A DNA stretch of 64,000 nucleotides from Terriglobia bacterium (GTDB lineage: Bacteria; Acidobacteriota; Terriglobia; Terriglobales; Acidobacteriaceae). Shown one piece after another: positions 27,523-37,127 of this stretch (within the stretch, counting starts at the first letter, position 1; each line of letters begins with the position of its first letter). Made by a program: the position numbers and the translations under genes. Location of the stretch: assembly GCA_020073525.1 (NCBI GenBank), contig JAIQFA010000030.1, forward strand, positions 4,496 through 68,495, given 5' to 3'. The notes under the pieces were generated by a model. The model searched no databases and was not told the DNA's origin. It saw nothing but the letters and a program-made list of their open reading frames with translations.

Positions 27523-28470
27523 TCACGCCAGCAGCGAATAATTCCCGCTGGCATCCTCGGTCTCAACCATTTCTCTCAATTCGGGATAGTGTTTCACCAG
27601 GATTTCCGGAGCGCGGACCTTTTTTCCATCTAGCAGATGCCGCAGCTCGAGCGCATTCACTGCGGCCTTCGCCTGAAAATGATTGTTCGCAATCACGAAG
27701 GTCGTCTCGGCCCGCTGCGCGATGATCTCGACCTTTTCTTTCCACTTCTCCAACTCCGCAGGCTTGTAGAGGTAGTTATAACGGTCATCTCGGTTATCGC
27801 TGTCGACTCCGCTGTCGAACCAATGTTCATAGTTGCGGCCATGCAGCCGTACGTATCCGACGCCCGAGGTGATGTGCTCGGTCGGCCCGAGCGAACGCCC
27901 CAGCAGCGGCTGGTCGATATTGCAGAAGCCGACGTTGTGGCGCATGAATTCGGCAATCGTCTCGGGATTATCCCAACTCTCGTGCCGCACTTCGACCACA
28001 CGCGGATACTCGATAAATTGCCGCAGCAACTGCTCCAGGTACTCGCGGTTCAAGCTGGTGTTCTTGAACGAGACGGGGAACTGGATGAGCAGCGCGCCCA
28101 GCGTGCCTTCCGCCGCCAGCGAGTCCAGACCTTCGCGGGCCAGCCGCTCGTCTTCGTCATTCGGACGGATGCTGGCGGCCGAAGTCGGCTCCATCACTGC
28201 CAATGGAGAATGGGTGAACGACCGGTGCAGCTTCGCGGTGAAACGAAAATTCGGATTGACCGCCGCAGCCTTCCGCGACCATAGGCGCCCTAGCTCGGGC
28301 CGTATGTGCCCATAAAACGACGTATTGATTTCGATGACGTCAAAGAATCGCGCCAGAAATTCGACGGGATGAATCTTCTTCCGCGTCACCTCAGGAGGAT
28401 ACAGAATTCCATCCCAGTCTTTGTACGACCAGCCGGCAGTCCCTATGCGGATTTGCGGAAGATGTTCCAT
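27523..28470 (-). CDS. DUF72 (YecE/UPF0759) family protein
   Basis: Starts MEHLPQIRIGTAGWSYKDW (ATG 28470), the hallmark DUF72 N-terminus; 315 aa. Confidence 0.8.
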   Translation of the reverse strand: MEHLPQIRIGTAGWSYKDWDGILYPPEVTRKKIHPVEFLARFFDVIEINTSFYGHIRPELGRLWSRKAAAVNPNFRFTAKLHRSFTHSPLAVMEPTSAASIRPNDEDERLAREGLDSLAAEGTLGALLIQFPVSFKNTSLNREYLEQLLRQFIEYPRVVEVRHESWDNPETIAEFMRHNVGFCNIDQPLLGRSLGPTEHITSGVGYVRLHGRNYEHWFDSGVDSDNRDDRYNYLYKPAELEKWKEKVEIIAQRAETTFVIANNHFQAKAAVNALELRHLLDGKKVRAPEILVKHYPELREMVETEDASGNYSLLA

Positions 28471-28506
28471 ACCGGCGGGTGAGATGTTCGCAGGGTAGCA
28501 CACAGT

Positions 28507-28551
28507 TTGTGTGGCGCGGGCGCCTCGCCCGCGAACGCTGCGAGCAAAGTC
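28507..28551. repeat. TGTGTGG..GC-hairpin element (intergenic copy)
   Basis: tgtgtggc then gcgggcg-cct-cgcccgc (28516-28532). Same 5' word and hairpin style as the copies at 52311, 53437, 55225 and 62051. Confidence 0.6.
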
Positions 28552-28589
28552 GGAATTGTCAGCGGACAGATAAGTTAGGCAGGGAAGAA

Positions 28590-29489
28590 TCAGTAGAGCA
28601 GAATCGCGACCCAATACATCCCCGTCGGATACGTCGCGTTGCGCGCGTAGCACGCGCCTACGGCAAACTGGCGAACTCCGGGATCGCGCAACAGACGCAA
28701 CGCGCCTGGCGGCAGAACTTCAGGACGGCTCTGCGTGTAGGTGATGATTTTTCGATTATCGTAGGCGGTTGCGAGCAAGCGCGCGTTCGGACGACTCCCT
28801 GCGGCCAGCGAGCAGGCAGCCTCGTCTAAATTCGGTGGTGTGAGTTGCACGAGTTCCGGAAGCCCCGCCTGCTGCCGCACCTCGTCGACGGCGCCGCCCA
28901 CCAATTCCGCACTTTGCTGCGCGGAGTAAGTTGGAACCTCGTGCGCGAAATCCTGCACCACGTACAGCCGTCCCTTGCTCCAGATCGCGGCGACGCCCGC
29001 GACATTGAAACCGCGATCGAGCAGGTTCTGTCGGTGCGGGGTAGAGTGCATCAAGGCTTCATTTGCGCCCGGCGCGCACGTGGCGTAGGCAAGATTTTCG
29101 CCGGTGCGATCCATTTTCAGCGGGCTGACCTGTGCGATTCTTCCGAGCAGGGCCGGTTCCCCGGACAACTGATGCTCCAGACGCTCGCTCGCAATCATTC
29201 GCCGGGCGTGCGCTCGCGCCGCTTCGCGCAGACTTTCATCCATGCGCAACGGCGGCACTCCGGCGAGCTTGCGGCTCTGGTTTGCCGCTTCCAGAAGCTC
29301 GTTCTCGGCGGCGGAGTCCTCACCCGAGGATGATCCCGCCGCCGAGTTCGATTGGGGGGTGGGCTGCTCGTTGCTAGCTGCGTTGCGAACCTTGTTGTGA
29401 GAATCGACTGCTTGCGGAGGTTTTTCTGCCGCGCACCGGCCGCCATTGACCGCTAATATCGCGAAGGAAACCAATAGGGCCCGTAGCAT
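28590..29489 (-). CDS. Secreted CAP/SCP/PR-1-like domain protein
   Basis: Signal peptide MLRALLVSFAILAV. CAP-domain segment AANQSRKLAGVPPLRMDESLREAARAHARRM...GENLAY. A second C-terminal CAP-like half. Alternative start at 29543. Confidence 0.7.
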   Translation of the reverse strand: MLRALLVSFAILAVNGGRCAAEKPPQAVDSHNKVRNAASNEQPTPQSNSAAGSSSGEDSAAENELLEAANQSRKLAGVPPLRMDESLREAARAHARRMIASERLEHQLSGEPALLGRIAQVSPLKMDRTGENLAYATCAPGANEALMHSTPHRQNLLDRGFNVAGVAAIWSKGRLYVVQDFAHEVPTYSAQQSAELVGGAVDEVRQQAGLPELVQLTPPNLDEAACSLAAGSRPNARLLATAYDNRKIITYTQSRPEVLPPGALRLLRDPGVRQFAVGACYARNATYPTGMYWVAILLY

Positions 29490-29583
29490 GATGGTTGGGT
29501 TAGCGTTTCGGCGGGGGGGTGCCGATAAAGTTCCGCTTTCCATCTCTCACGCTAGCTTCTAGAATTCAGCTCAGCTACTTACT

Positions 29584-30915
29584 ATGGAGACCATACTGCT
29601 GGTTACCGTGCTCGTCGGAACCCTTGTCCTGCTTGGGTTCTCGGCTGTCCTGCTCCGCCGCGTTTCGGTTGCCTCGCAAGTCGATGTAAAAGCGGAAGTT
29701 GCAGATCAGCTCGAAAGGTTCAATACCACCCTTGGCCAGAAGATCAGTGTCAGCACTGCCGATATGGCCACTCGCCTCGAGCAGACCAAAGGGGACCTCC
29801 GCCAGCAGGTCACAGACCGTATCCAGCAGGGGTTTTCAGAGATTCGCAGTTCGGTGGAGCAGCAACTGGCCGCAGGCAGGGAAGAACAAAACCGCAGCCT
29901 GACCGACGGGCGCAGCGAGATGACCGGTTCGCTGCTGCTCACCACGCAGCAACTGAAGAGCGAATTTCAGAGTCTGAACCAGCAGACCGCGCAGAGCCTC
30001 GACTCGATTCGCGATCGCGTGGATGCGAAACTGATGGCCATCACCGAACAGGTGCAGGTAAAGCTCGATCAGAACATCAAAGAAGGGTTTGCCCAGTTCG
30101 AAAAAGTTCAGCAGCACTTGAAAGCCGCGGAAGAACAGCTTCGCGAAGTCGGCGCGCTCGGCCACTCGATCAACGATCTGAACAACCTGCTCAAGTTGCC
30201 GCATTTGCGCGGCCAGTTCGGCGAAGCGAGCCTGGAGCGCTTGCTGGCCGACTTCCTCCCCGCTCATATGTTTGCGCTGCAGGCCTCGCCGGGCGAGGGT
30301 GCAGGGCGCGCCGACGCGGTGATCTATTTTCCCGATCGCAAGCTGCCCATCGACGCCAAGTTTCCTCGCGAGCAGGTGATTGCTCTCTTCGAGAGCAATG
30401 ACAAGGCAGAGATTGACGCGGCGCGCGTGGCCTTGGTGCGCGTGATGAAGGCGGAAGCCAAACGCATTCAGCAGTACATCCAACCGGAAAACGGAACGAC
30501 CGAAATTGCGCTCATGTATCTGCCGAGTGAGACGCTCTATATGGAAGTGATCCGGAACCGCGAATTGGGCGACTGGATGAACGAGCAGCACGTGTTTCCC
30601 GTCTCGCCCAACACGTTGCTGATGACGCTGCACACGATCTCGCTGGTGCACAAGTGGTATGAAGTTGCCAGCCGCTTTGAGAAGAGCCGCGCCGAACTGG
30701 CCAAGGCGCAGAAATCGTTCGACTTCTTCCAGAACCAGTTTGAAAATGTCGGCAAGAATCTGAACAAAGCGCAGGAAGCGTTCGAGACCGCGCAGCGGCA
30801 TCTAAAGAATTATCGCGGAAAAGTTTCTGCGCTCAGCGGGCAGGAGCAACTCGAACTGGAGACGTCGGCAGCCGCCGAAAAGCCCCTGCCGCTGCTCGAC
30901 AAGGCCAGCGCCTAA
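29584..30915 (+). CDS. rmuC: DNA recombination protein RmuC
   Basis: 443 aa. N-terminal TM, long coiled coil, C-terminal RmuC nuclease-like domain (FPDRKLPIDAKFP..., MYLPSE). Confidence 0.9.
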   Translation: METILLVTVLVGTLVLLGFSAVLLRRVSVASQVDVKAEVADQLERFNTTLGQKISVSTADMATRLEQTKGDLRQQVTDRIQQGFSEIRSSVEQQLAAGREEQNRSLTDGRSEMTGSLLLTTQQLKSEFQSLNQQTAQSLDSIRDRVDAKLMAITEQVQVKLDQNIKEGFAQFEKVQQHLKAAEEQLREVGALGHSINDLNNLLKLPHLRGQFGEASLERLLADFLPAHMFALQASPGEGAGRADAVIYFPDRKLPIDAKFPREQVIALFESNDKAEIDAARVALVRVMKAEAKRIQQYIQPENGTTEIALMYLPSETLYMEVIRNRELGDWMNEQHVFPVSPNTLLMTLHTISLVHKWYEVASRFEKSRAELAKAQKSFDFFQNQFENVGKNLNKAQEAFETAQRHLKNYRGKVSALSGQEQLELETSAAAEKPLPLLDKASA

Positions 30916-31027
30916 GGGTCCCCTCTGCAAGACGTGAGAAGTGTTTCACGTGGAGCATTCCTCGGAAGTTAAGTCATTGATTCAAAGCCGGTTGTCGGGG
31001 CCCAGCTTGAACGAAGCAACTTCTTCC

Positions 31028-31075
31028 GGTATATACCAATGGTAGAGTTCGTAGTCGCTATCTTTGGTATATACT
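31028..31075 (+). promoter_or_regulatory. Twin GGTATATAC(C/T) palindromic boxes upstream of vapB (candidate operator / -10)
   Basis: ggtatatacc (31028-31037, perfect palindrome) and ggtatatact (31066-31075), 38 bp apart. The second contains TATACT 17 nt before the vapB ATG. Confidence 0.4.
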
Positions 31076-31092
31076 ATGAACGGAGTTGCTCC

Positions 31093-31338
31093 ATGCCTGA
31101 GACAGGGATTGCCAAGTTGTTTCGCAACGGACGCAGCCAGGCGGTACGCCTGCCTCGCGAGTTTCGCTTTGAGGGCAGTCAGGTACGCGTTCGCCGGGTG
31201 GCGGAAGGCGTGCTCCTGGAACCGCTCATTGTCGATCCCGCCAAGTGGTTTGCCGAATTAGATGGGCTTAGAGAGGGAGATTTCTTCCTCAAGAGTCGGA
31301 AGCAGCCGGTCACGCCGCGTCGCGGAATCTTCAAGTGA
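31093..31338 (+). CDS. vapB: VapB antitoxin (AbrB/SpoVT-type swapped hairpin)
   Basis: 81 aa from ATG 31093 (GGAG 7 nt upstream). [20 protein letters not shown] is the VagC/VapB signature. Confidence 0.8.
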   Translation: MPETGIAKLFRNGRSQAVRLPREFRFEGSQVRVRRVAEGVLLEPLIVDPAKWFAELDGLREGDFFLKSRKQPVTPRRGIFK

Positions 31339-31748
31339 CATATCTCCTCGACACCAATGCATGTATCGCTCTGATCAACGACAGGACGCCTGCGGTCCGT
31401 ATCCGACTACAGAGAGCACTGGCTGCCGCTGCGACCGTGCTGGTTTCTTCGGTCGTCGCGTTTGAACTCTGGTATGGAGTTGCCAAAAGTGCCCGTCCGG
31501 AAGCCAACGCTCGGCTGGTGGAAACGTTCTTTGCCGGACCGGTGAGTTTGCTGGCATTCGAACCTGAGGACGCGAAAGTTGCAGGCCGCGTACGAGCGAG
31601 TTTGGAAGCTGTAGGAAAACCGATCGGCGCTTATGATCTCTTGATTGCGGGACAAGCCTTGCGGCATCAGCTGACACTGGTTACCGCGAATGGCAGGGAG
31701 TTTAGCCGGGTCAAAGGTCTCGAATGGGAAGATTGGGCCAAAGGCTGA
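31335..31748 (+). CDS. vapC: VapC PIN-domain ribonuclease toxin
   Basis: 137 aa. GTGA start/stop overlap with vapB. N-terminal YLLDTN acidic motif and later PIN acidic residues. Confidence 0.9.
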   Translation: MTYLLDTNACIALINDRTPAVRIRLQRALAAAATVLVSSVVAFELWYGVAKSARPEANARLVETFFAGPVSLLAFEPEDAKVAGRVRASLEAVGKPIGAYDLLIAGQALRHQLTLVTANGREFSRVKGLEWEDWAKG

Positions 31749-31766
31749 ATTGCGTCCAGCGAGGCC

Positions 31767-31835
31767 CAGCCCCTAAAGGGGCGTCTGATTTCGAACAATG
31801 TCGGTATCGCTAAAGCGATGCCCCGATACGAAACC
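31767..31835 (+). repeat. Dual-hairpin ~70-nt element (canonical orientation)
   Basis: gcccc-taaa-ggggc (31769-31782), spacer, ggtatcgc-taaa-gcgatgcc (31803-31822), tail ccgatacgaaacc. Confidence 0.85.
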
Positions 31836-31856
31836 AAAGTCTTTCCCCCGATGGGC

Positions 31857-32876
31857 TCATCTGAAGCTGCGCACCGCTGCACTCATCCCTCGTTCATACA
31901 CGGCGATCAGCTTGTCCAAAGTCGCATTAACCTCATGGTCGATTTGCTTCCGCGAAGGATCGGCATTGAACCACGCCAGCGACTGCCGAACTCCCTGGGT
32001 GAAGGTGGTGGTGGCGCAATAGTCAGGAACGAAGCGCTTGATCTTGGAGTTGTCGAAGACCACGCTCACGGATTTATCGCCAATCAATGTCCCTTCTCTT
32101 TCCGGGACGCACGCAATAATAAAGTCAGAAGGAATGTGTACGATCTTCGGTTCGACGTCCACTGCCGCGCCCACGATGCGATAGAGCTGGTCCCAGGTCA
32201 GCACCTCGTCCGACGTAATGTGAAACGCCTGCCCGATAGCTTGCTCGTGGCCGAGCAGTCCGACCAGTCCTTTGGCGAAATCGGTGTTGTGCGTAACTAC
32301 CCAGAGCGAAGTGCCATCGCCGGGCACAACCATCTTCTGCCCGCGGATCATCCGGTCGACCGCGGTGTACGACTGCTGCCAGCTATTCAGTACCAGCGGA
32401 ATCTGCGTGTCGCCGTAAGTGAGGGAGGGCCGCACGATGGTCACGGGGAATCCCTCTTCGCGATAAGCCCGCATCAGCCGCTCTTCGCAGGCAATCTTGT
32501 TGCGCGAGTAGTCCCAGTGGGGATTCGCCAGCGGAGTGGATTCGGTCATCAAGTAATGCGTCTGCGGCTTCTGATAAGCGCTGGTGGAACTGATGAAGAT
32601 GAACTGCCGCGTGCGGCCCCGGAACAGCTTGAGATCGCGCTCGATGTCGGCGGGGGTGAAAGCGACCCAGTCAACGACCACGTCGAAGGACACGCACTCC
32701 AGTTTCTGGAACAAGGCGGGATCGTTCACGTCGGCAATCAGAGTTTTGACCCCCGCCGGAAGCTGCGCCTGATGCTGTCCGCGGCTGAGCAGCGTGACCT
32801 GCAGACCGCGCGCGGTGGCTAGCGCGGTGCTGGCGGTGCTGATGATTCCGGTTCCACCGATGAAGAGAATTCTCAT
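31857..32876 (-). CDS. NAD-dependent epimerase/dehydratase (extended SDR)
   Basis: MRILFIGGTGIIS Rossmann start; 339 aa. Confidence 0.85.
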   Translation of the reverse strand: MRILFIGGTGIISTASTALATARGLQVTLLSRGQHQAQLPAGVKTLIADVNDPALFQKLECVSFDVVVDWVAFTPADIERDLKLFRGRTRQFIFISSTSAYQKPQTHYLMTESTPLANPHWDYSRNKIACEERLMRAYREEGFPVTIVRPSLTYGDTQIPLVLNSWQQSYTAVDRMIRGQKMVVPGDGTSLWVVTHNTDFAKGLVGLLGHEQAIGQAFHITSDEVLTWDQLYRIVGAAVDVEPKIVHIPSDFIIACVPEREGTLIGDKSVSVVFDNSKIKRFVPDYCATTTFTQGVRQSLAWFNADPSRKQIDHEVNATLDKLIAVYERGMSAAVRSFR

Positions 32877-33063
32877 AACAGATTATTTGTAGCAGGAATT
32901 TGGTAGCGCCGGCGTCTCGCCGGCCCGATCAGGCGGTCGAATGCACACCTGGTCGCAGCAGAGTCCTCAGCCGCGCCCGGGACAGATCTGAATTCGGTCC
33001 AGGGAATTCCCTCCGTGCGACCCCGTGGTTAACGCTTTCGTTGGCATTCGAATAATCGTCTGC

Positions 33064-33552
33064 CTAGGCGATTTCGCGGGCATTCTCGGACGATGTCTTG
33101 AGGTGGTCCGCGCCTTTTACTTCCCAGATTCCGTCGAATTTCACGAAGTAAGGTTCGACCGAAATGCCGGGAACGTTTGCGGTCAGAAGCTCTCCGGCGC
33201 GGAGCAGTTCGCTGCGGTGGTGCTCGGCTTCGGCTGTCTTGTCGCCCTTGAAATGGGCAAGGCCGCCGTAGGTGGCGCAGTCGGAATGGCTCATGACCAT
33301 GACGCGTTCGGTCTGGTGCAGGCGGATCGACATGCGGACCTGTTCGAGAATGAAGTCCTGTTCGAAGTCGTTGCGCGGGGAGGCTAGTGTCTTAGCGCCT
33401 CCGGCAACGACGATCATGTCGGCGCGCTCAACGCCTTGCTTCTTAAGAAACTTGCGCACAGCCGTGCTGATGCGGTGATCGAAGCAGCAGAGCACGGCGG
33501 CGTCGGCCACGTAGGGACCGGCGGGCGAGTCGAAATGGAAGATTTTGCGCAT
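33064..33552 (-). CDS. Hypothetical protein with beta-carbonic-anhydrase-like Cys/His motifs
   Basis: 162 aa. CCFDHR ... HSDCATYGG resembles the CxDxR / HxxC zinc motifs of beta-CA folds. Weak, motif-only call. Confidence 0.4.
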   Translation of the reverse strand: MRKIFHFDSPAGPYVADAAVLCCFDHRISTAVRKFLKKQGVERADMIVVAGGAKTLASPRNDFEQDFILEQVRMSIRLHQTERVMVMSHSDCATYGGLAHFKGDKTAEAEHHRSELLRAGELLTANVPGISVEPYFVKFDGIWEVKGADHLKTSSENAREIA

Positions 33553-33591
33553 GGGGGATCCTTGTCGATTCTAACCTGCGCAGCGAGTGCG

Positions 33592-34038
33592 CTACTTGAT
33601 GAAGTAGCCGGAAATTCTCCACTTCCCATCCTTGTCGAGCATGGGAGTGATCGTTTCTACTGCCGACTGCTTGTGTTCGAAGCTGCTGTCGTACTGAATC
33701 ACCACGTACTCGCCGTCCGGCGCGCCCGGCAGCGTTCTTGCGTACGTAGCGCTCTTGAGCGTGCGCGACAGCATCTTGCCTAAGGGATCACGGCTTGCCC
33801 GCAGCGCGCCTTGCCACTGTTCCTTGGTGACGTGAGCCTTGAAAAGCTGGGCGGCTTCCTGCCAGCTATCCGCATATTTGCCCGAGTCGACCAAGGCCAG
33901 CCATGCGTCTGAGGACTGCTGCGCAAGTTGCTCAGGTTTTTGCTGTGCCTGGACTGCCGCGCAAATACCCAGGAGCAACCCGAATACAAAAACTCCTGAT
34001 ACGATCTTCGATTTACCATGCAAGAAACTGACGATCAT
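33592..34038 (-). CDS. Secreted DUF4019-like protein
   Basis: 148 aa. Signal peptide, then WLALVDSGKYADSWQEAAQLFKAHVTKEQW..., typical of DUF4019 (from memory). Confidence 0.6.
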   Translation of the reverse strand: MIVSFLHGKSKIVSGVFVFGLLLGICAAVQAQQKPEQLAQQSSDAWLALVDSGKYADSWQEAAQLFKAHVTKEQWQGALRASRDPLGKMLSRTLKSATYARTLPGAPDGEYVVIQYDSSFEHKQSAVETITPMLDKDGKWRISGYFIK

Positions 34039-34153
34039 TGGAGTTCTCCTTAGTGTACGGAAATCCTTTTACTTCGCTGCGATCGGCAATAGTCAAGGGC
34101 CGGGCTTTGCCCGTCCGGGCGCACGAATGCGTCCGCCCCTGCGTGCCTCTCGC

Positions 34154-34813
34154 TCATGCTCCGCGCTTTGTCTTTAGTTCCGTCAACAGCTGTTCGATGC
34201 GATCTTCTTTTTCCAGCGCGGCCAGGCGGTCCTCCACGTCGTCGGCCAGGAGTTGGGCCTTGGCTCCGCCGATGGCTTCTTCACGGGCCACTTTTCTCTT
34301 CATGCGATCGAAGGTGGCGGACTTGCTGTTAGCGCTCATGCCGGACTGGGCGTCGGTTGCCTTGTTGGCGGCGCGGGCGCGACGGTGCTGCGCGATCAGC
34401 AGATCGGCTTTGGCATTGGCTTCGGCAAGCTTCTGGTCAAGATTGCGCAGGGCCGATTTCAGATTCTCGACCTGGGCTTTCTGGTCTTCGAGCTGTTGGC
34501 CAAAGTTGGCGCTCAGGTCGCGATAGCTTTCGACCCGGAGCAGAGCGGCGCGCGCGAGGTCGTCTTGCTTCTTGTCGACGGCAAGTTCGGCCTTGCGCAT
34601 CCATTCCTGGATCTTCTCGTCGTTTTCGACCTTCTTCTTTTCCAGCAGATGCTGGTCGGCGATGGCGATGGCGACCTGCGTCTTGACCTGCAAAAGCTGG
34701 TTGTTCATGTCGAGGATGACCTGTTTGATCATCTTTTCGGGCTCCTCAGCTTTGTCGATCAGGTCGTTGAGATTGGCCCGGACTAATGTGGAAACGCGTT
34801 CGAGTAATGCCAT
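34154..34813 (-). CDS. pspA: PspA/IM30 family protein
   Basis: 219 aa. MALLERVSTLVRANLNDLIDKAEEPEKMIKQVILDM is the canonical PspA N-terminus; coiled coil throughout. Confidence 0.9.
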   Translation of the reverse strand: MALLERVSTLVRANLNDLIDKAEEPEKMIKQVILDMNNQLLQVKTQVAIAIADQHLLEKKKVENDEKIQEWMRKAELAVDKKQDDLARAALLRVESYRDLSANFGQQLEDQKAQVENLKSALRNLDQKLAEANAKADLLIAQHRRARAANKATDAQSGMSANSKSATFDRMKRKVAREEAIGGAKAQLLADDVEDRLAALEKEDRIEQLLTELKTKRGA

Positions 34814-34830
34814 AAAACACCTCGTGTAAT

Positions 34831-35031
34831 TCAGTCGTTGGTCGTTCGTCGTTGGTCGTTCGGTCTTTTGCTCCAGGCGCCGCCTACCAGCGAGATCGCG
34901 ATGTAGGCTGCGATTCCGGCGGCGACCCAGACGCCCATGTGCCCGGTGGCAGCTCCGATGGCCGCACCCATAGCGGCTCCTAGGGCGACGGAGAGGCCGA
35001 GTGATCTGGCGTGATGCACTTCTTGTTGCAC
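34831..35031 (-). CDS. Small glycine-zipper membrane protein
   Basis: 66 aa. GTG 35031 preceded by AGGAGG. GLSVALGAAMGAAIGAATG...AAGIAAYIAISLVGG. The last 12 codons (KRPNDQRRTTND) are encoded by the GTCGTT heptad element. Confidence 0.5.
   Translation of the reverse strand: MQQEVHHARSLGLSVALGAAMGAAIGAATGHMGVWVAAGIAAYIAISLVGGAWSKRPNDQRRTTND
34834..34865. repeat. Heptad-word element GTCGTTG-GTCGTTC-GTCGTTG-GTCGTTC
   Basis: Strict 7-nt periodicity. Overlaps the 3' end of the small ORF, 20 nt upstream of pspA. Confidence 0.85.
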
Positions 35032-35046
35032 GGTTCCTCCTAGAAT

Positions 35047-35132
35047 CAGTCGTTAGTCGATGGTCGTTGGTCGTTCGCGATTCGGCGGTCGTTCTTGCTT
35101 TGCTAACGACCAGCGACGAACGACCAACGACC
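35047..35132. repeat. GTCGTT-word long hairpin
   Basis: ggtcgttggtcgttcg (35062-35077) pairs perfectly with cgaacgaccaacgacc (35117-35132), 16 bp. Inner pairing ggtcgtt/aacgacc. Begins 7 nt after the flotillin stop. Confidence 0.85.
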
Positions 35133-35138
35133 TCCTCA

Positions 35139-36563
35139 CTACTTCTCCTCCGGCTTCGGCGCCTTATCCCCGATTTGGCGGACCTTGCCCAACAGTTCTC
35201 CCAGCGGCATGCCGGAGAGCGTTTCGAACAGGGCCGGCACCTGCGCCGCCATTTTTGTGATGTCGCCGGTGATCTTGCTCATCCCCGCCGTGTCGCCGTT
35301 GCCAGTGGACACGATGGTGATCTTGTCCACGTTCGCGAGCGGCGCGGCCAGGGCTTTCACGACCTCCGGCAAGCCCGTAAGCAGTTTGTCAAGGACCGCG
35401 GCCTGGTTGTACTCCTGAAAGGCTGCGGCTTTGACGTTCATGGCTTTCGCTTCGGCCTCACCTTTCTTGAAGATGATTTCGGCCTCCGCTTCACCCTGGG
35501 CGCGAATTGCCGACGCGTGGCCCTCTGCTTCGGCGATGAGACGCTGCTTTTCGGCGGCAGCTATCGTCTCGATGCGTTGACGCTCGATCTCGGCGCCCTT
35601 CAGCACGGTCGCGATCAGTTCCTTTTCGCGGCGGCTGATTTCGGCGTCCTGGACCTTGACCTGCCCTTCCTTCTCGACCTGTTGCACTCTCACGCTTTCG
35701 GTCGTCACCTGCTGCTGCATGACGGCGGTTTGAATGTCGTAAGCCTTGTCGGCCTGTGCCTGCTGCCGTTTTGTGACTTCGAGGTACTGCGCTTTCTTGA
35801 CCTCGAGATCACGCTGCGATTCGGCTTGCTTGGCTTGGGAGAGCGTCTCCGCCAGCACGCGCTCTTGGTCGGCTTGTGCTTTTGCAATGGCCGCTTCGCG
35901 CGTTGCCATAGCGCGTTTGATGGCGGTGTCGCGCTCGGCTTCGGCGGTGGCTACGTCGGCATCGCGCTTGATCCGGGCTACATCGGGCTTGCCCATGTTG
36001 GTGATGTATTCGTTCTTATCGCGAACCTCCTTGATGGTGAAGGAAATCACCTCGAGCCCCATCTTGTTCATGTCGTCTGCGCAGGTGCCGCGCATGCGAT
36101 CGCCGACCATCTCGGGTTGCTTGACAATTTCTTCGACGGTGAGCTGTCCAATGATGCCGCGCAGGTGGCCTTCCATCACCAGGCGGATCAGGCTTTCGCG
36201 CTCCTGATCGGTCTTGGTGAGGAACTGCTCGGCTGCGGTGAGGATGGATTCCTTGTCGGACTTCACCTTGATTTGTGCGACGGCCTCGACAGTAACGGCG
36301 ACGCCCTGCTTGGTGTAGAGATCCTGCTGCGGGGCAACATCGAACGACATGAGTTCGAGCGAAAGGTCCTTGCAGTTTTCGACCATCGGAAAGATGACGG
36401 TTCCATGTCCCTGGACCACGCGGGTTCCGCGAAAGCCGTAAACGATCAGCGCTTCATGGGGTCCCGCTTTGCGGTATAAGCGGGCCAGCATGCTCATCAG
36501 GAACAAGGTCGCCAATACGACCAGCCCCGCGATGACCCAGATTTCCATTGCTATGCCGAACAT
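35139..36563 (-). CDS. Flotillin-like SPFH/band-7 protein (YqiK-like)
   Basis: 474 aa. N-terminal TM, SPFH domain, long Ala/Glu/Lys/Gln-rich flotillin coiled coil. AGGAGG RBS. Confidence 0.9.
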   Translation of the reverse strand: MFGIAMEIWVIAGLVVLATLFLMSMLARLYRKAGPHEALIVYGFRGTRVVQGHGTVIFPMVENCKDLSLELMSFDVAPQQDLYTKQGVAVTVEAVAQIKVKSDKESILTAAEQFLTKTDQERESLIRLVMEGHLRGIIGQLTVEEIVKQPEMVGDRMRGTCADDMNKMGLEVISFTIKEVRDKNEYITNMGKPDVARIKRDADVATAEAERDTAIKRAMATREAAIAKAQADQERVLAETLSQAKQAESQRDLEVKKAQYLEVTKRQQAQADKAYDIQTAVMQQQVTTESVRVQQVEKEGQVKVQDAEISRREKELIATVLKGAEIERQRIETIAAAEKQRLIAEAEGHASAIRAQGEAEAEIIFKKGEAEAKAMNVKAAAFQEYNQAAVLDKLLTGLPEVVKALAAPLANVDKITIVSTGNGDTAGMSKITGDITKMAAQVPALFETLSGMPLGELLGKVRQIGDKAPKPEEK

Positions 36564-36579
36564 ATCGCCTCCTGAAAAA

Positions 36580-36603
36580 CAGTTCTCAGTTCTCGGTTCT
36601 CAG
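36580..36603. repeat. Heptad-word element CAGTTCT-CAGTTCT-CGGTTCT-CAG
   Basis: 7-nt periodic; between the membrane-protein gene and the flotillin RBS. Confidence 0.8.
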
Positions 36604-36653
36604 CGTGCGAAGACGGGGAAGGCCCGTCTCTATGAAATTCGTTCTGCGACGGT

Positions 36654-37124
36654 CTAACCGCGTGTCACAACGCCCATCACCATATCCAGGTCCCGAATGA
36701 TTCGCTCCGGATCGTTGTGTCCCAGAAAAACGTCGCCGTTCGAAAGCCGGATGTGCACGACCTTGTTGCACCAGACATACGCCCGGGTGTTGCCGAGGCC
36801 GCGAATGCCGTAGCCGCGCATGAACGCCCAAGGCTCGATCGAATAACTCACGATTGACTGCTTCGGAATCGACCGCAGCCGGAATCCGAGCATCCGAATC
36901 TCGACCCCGTGCCGTAGGAATCGGTACTGAAACCCGCCCCACGACATCGCGAAGGTGCCGATGGCGAGCACTCCGACCAGGGCGACCGCCCATCGGCCGG
37001 CCGTTGTTGGCGCCAGCGCCACTCCGACCAACGGGCCAATCAGAGCAAGCAGGATGATGAGACTCCACGCGCGCCCGGCGTGCGTCTCTTCCGCCAGCAC
37101 ATCGGGTTGGAATGCATCGTTCAT
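36654..37124 (-). CDS. Membrane protein (2 TM + soluble C-terminal domain), function unknown
   Basis: 156 aa. Two hydrophobic helices, then a ~90-aa beta-rich domain. Sits between the NfeD and flotillin genes. Confidence 0.55.
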   Translation of the reverse strand: MNDAFQPDVLAEETHAGRAWSLIILLALIGPLVGVALAPTTAGRWAVALVGVLAIGTFAMSWGGFQYRFLRHGVEIRMLGFRLRSIPKQSIVSYSIEPWAFMRGYGIRGLGNTRAYVWCNKVVHIRLSNGDVFLGHNDPERIIRDLDMVMGVVTRG

Positions 37125-37127
37125 ATT

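Noticed and set aside
29836-30801. 321-aa minus-strand ORF
   Set aside because: It is antisense to rmuC, whose plus-strand product has the TM, coiled coil and RmuC domain.
31818-32822. 334-aa plus-strand ORF
   Set aside because: It is antisense to the SDR epimerase gene, which starts with MRILFIGGTGIIS.
35001-36479. 492-aa plus-strand ORF
   Set aside because: It is antisense to the flotillin-like gene. Its Leu/Gly/Asp/Phe/His-rich product lacks motifs and mirrors the Ala/Glu/Lys/Gln coiled coil. This is a typical shadow ORF in GC-rich DNA.
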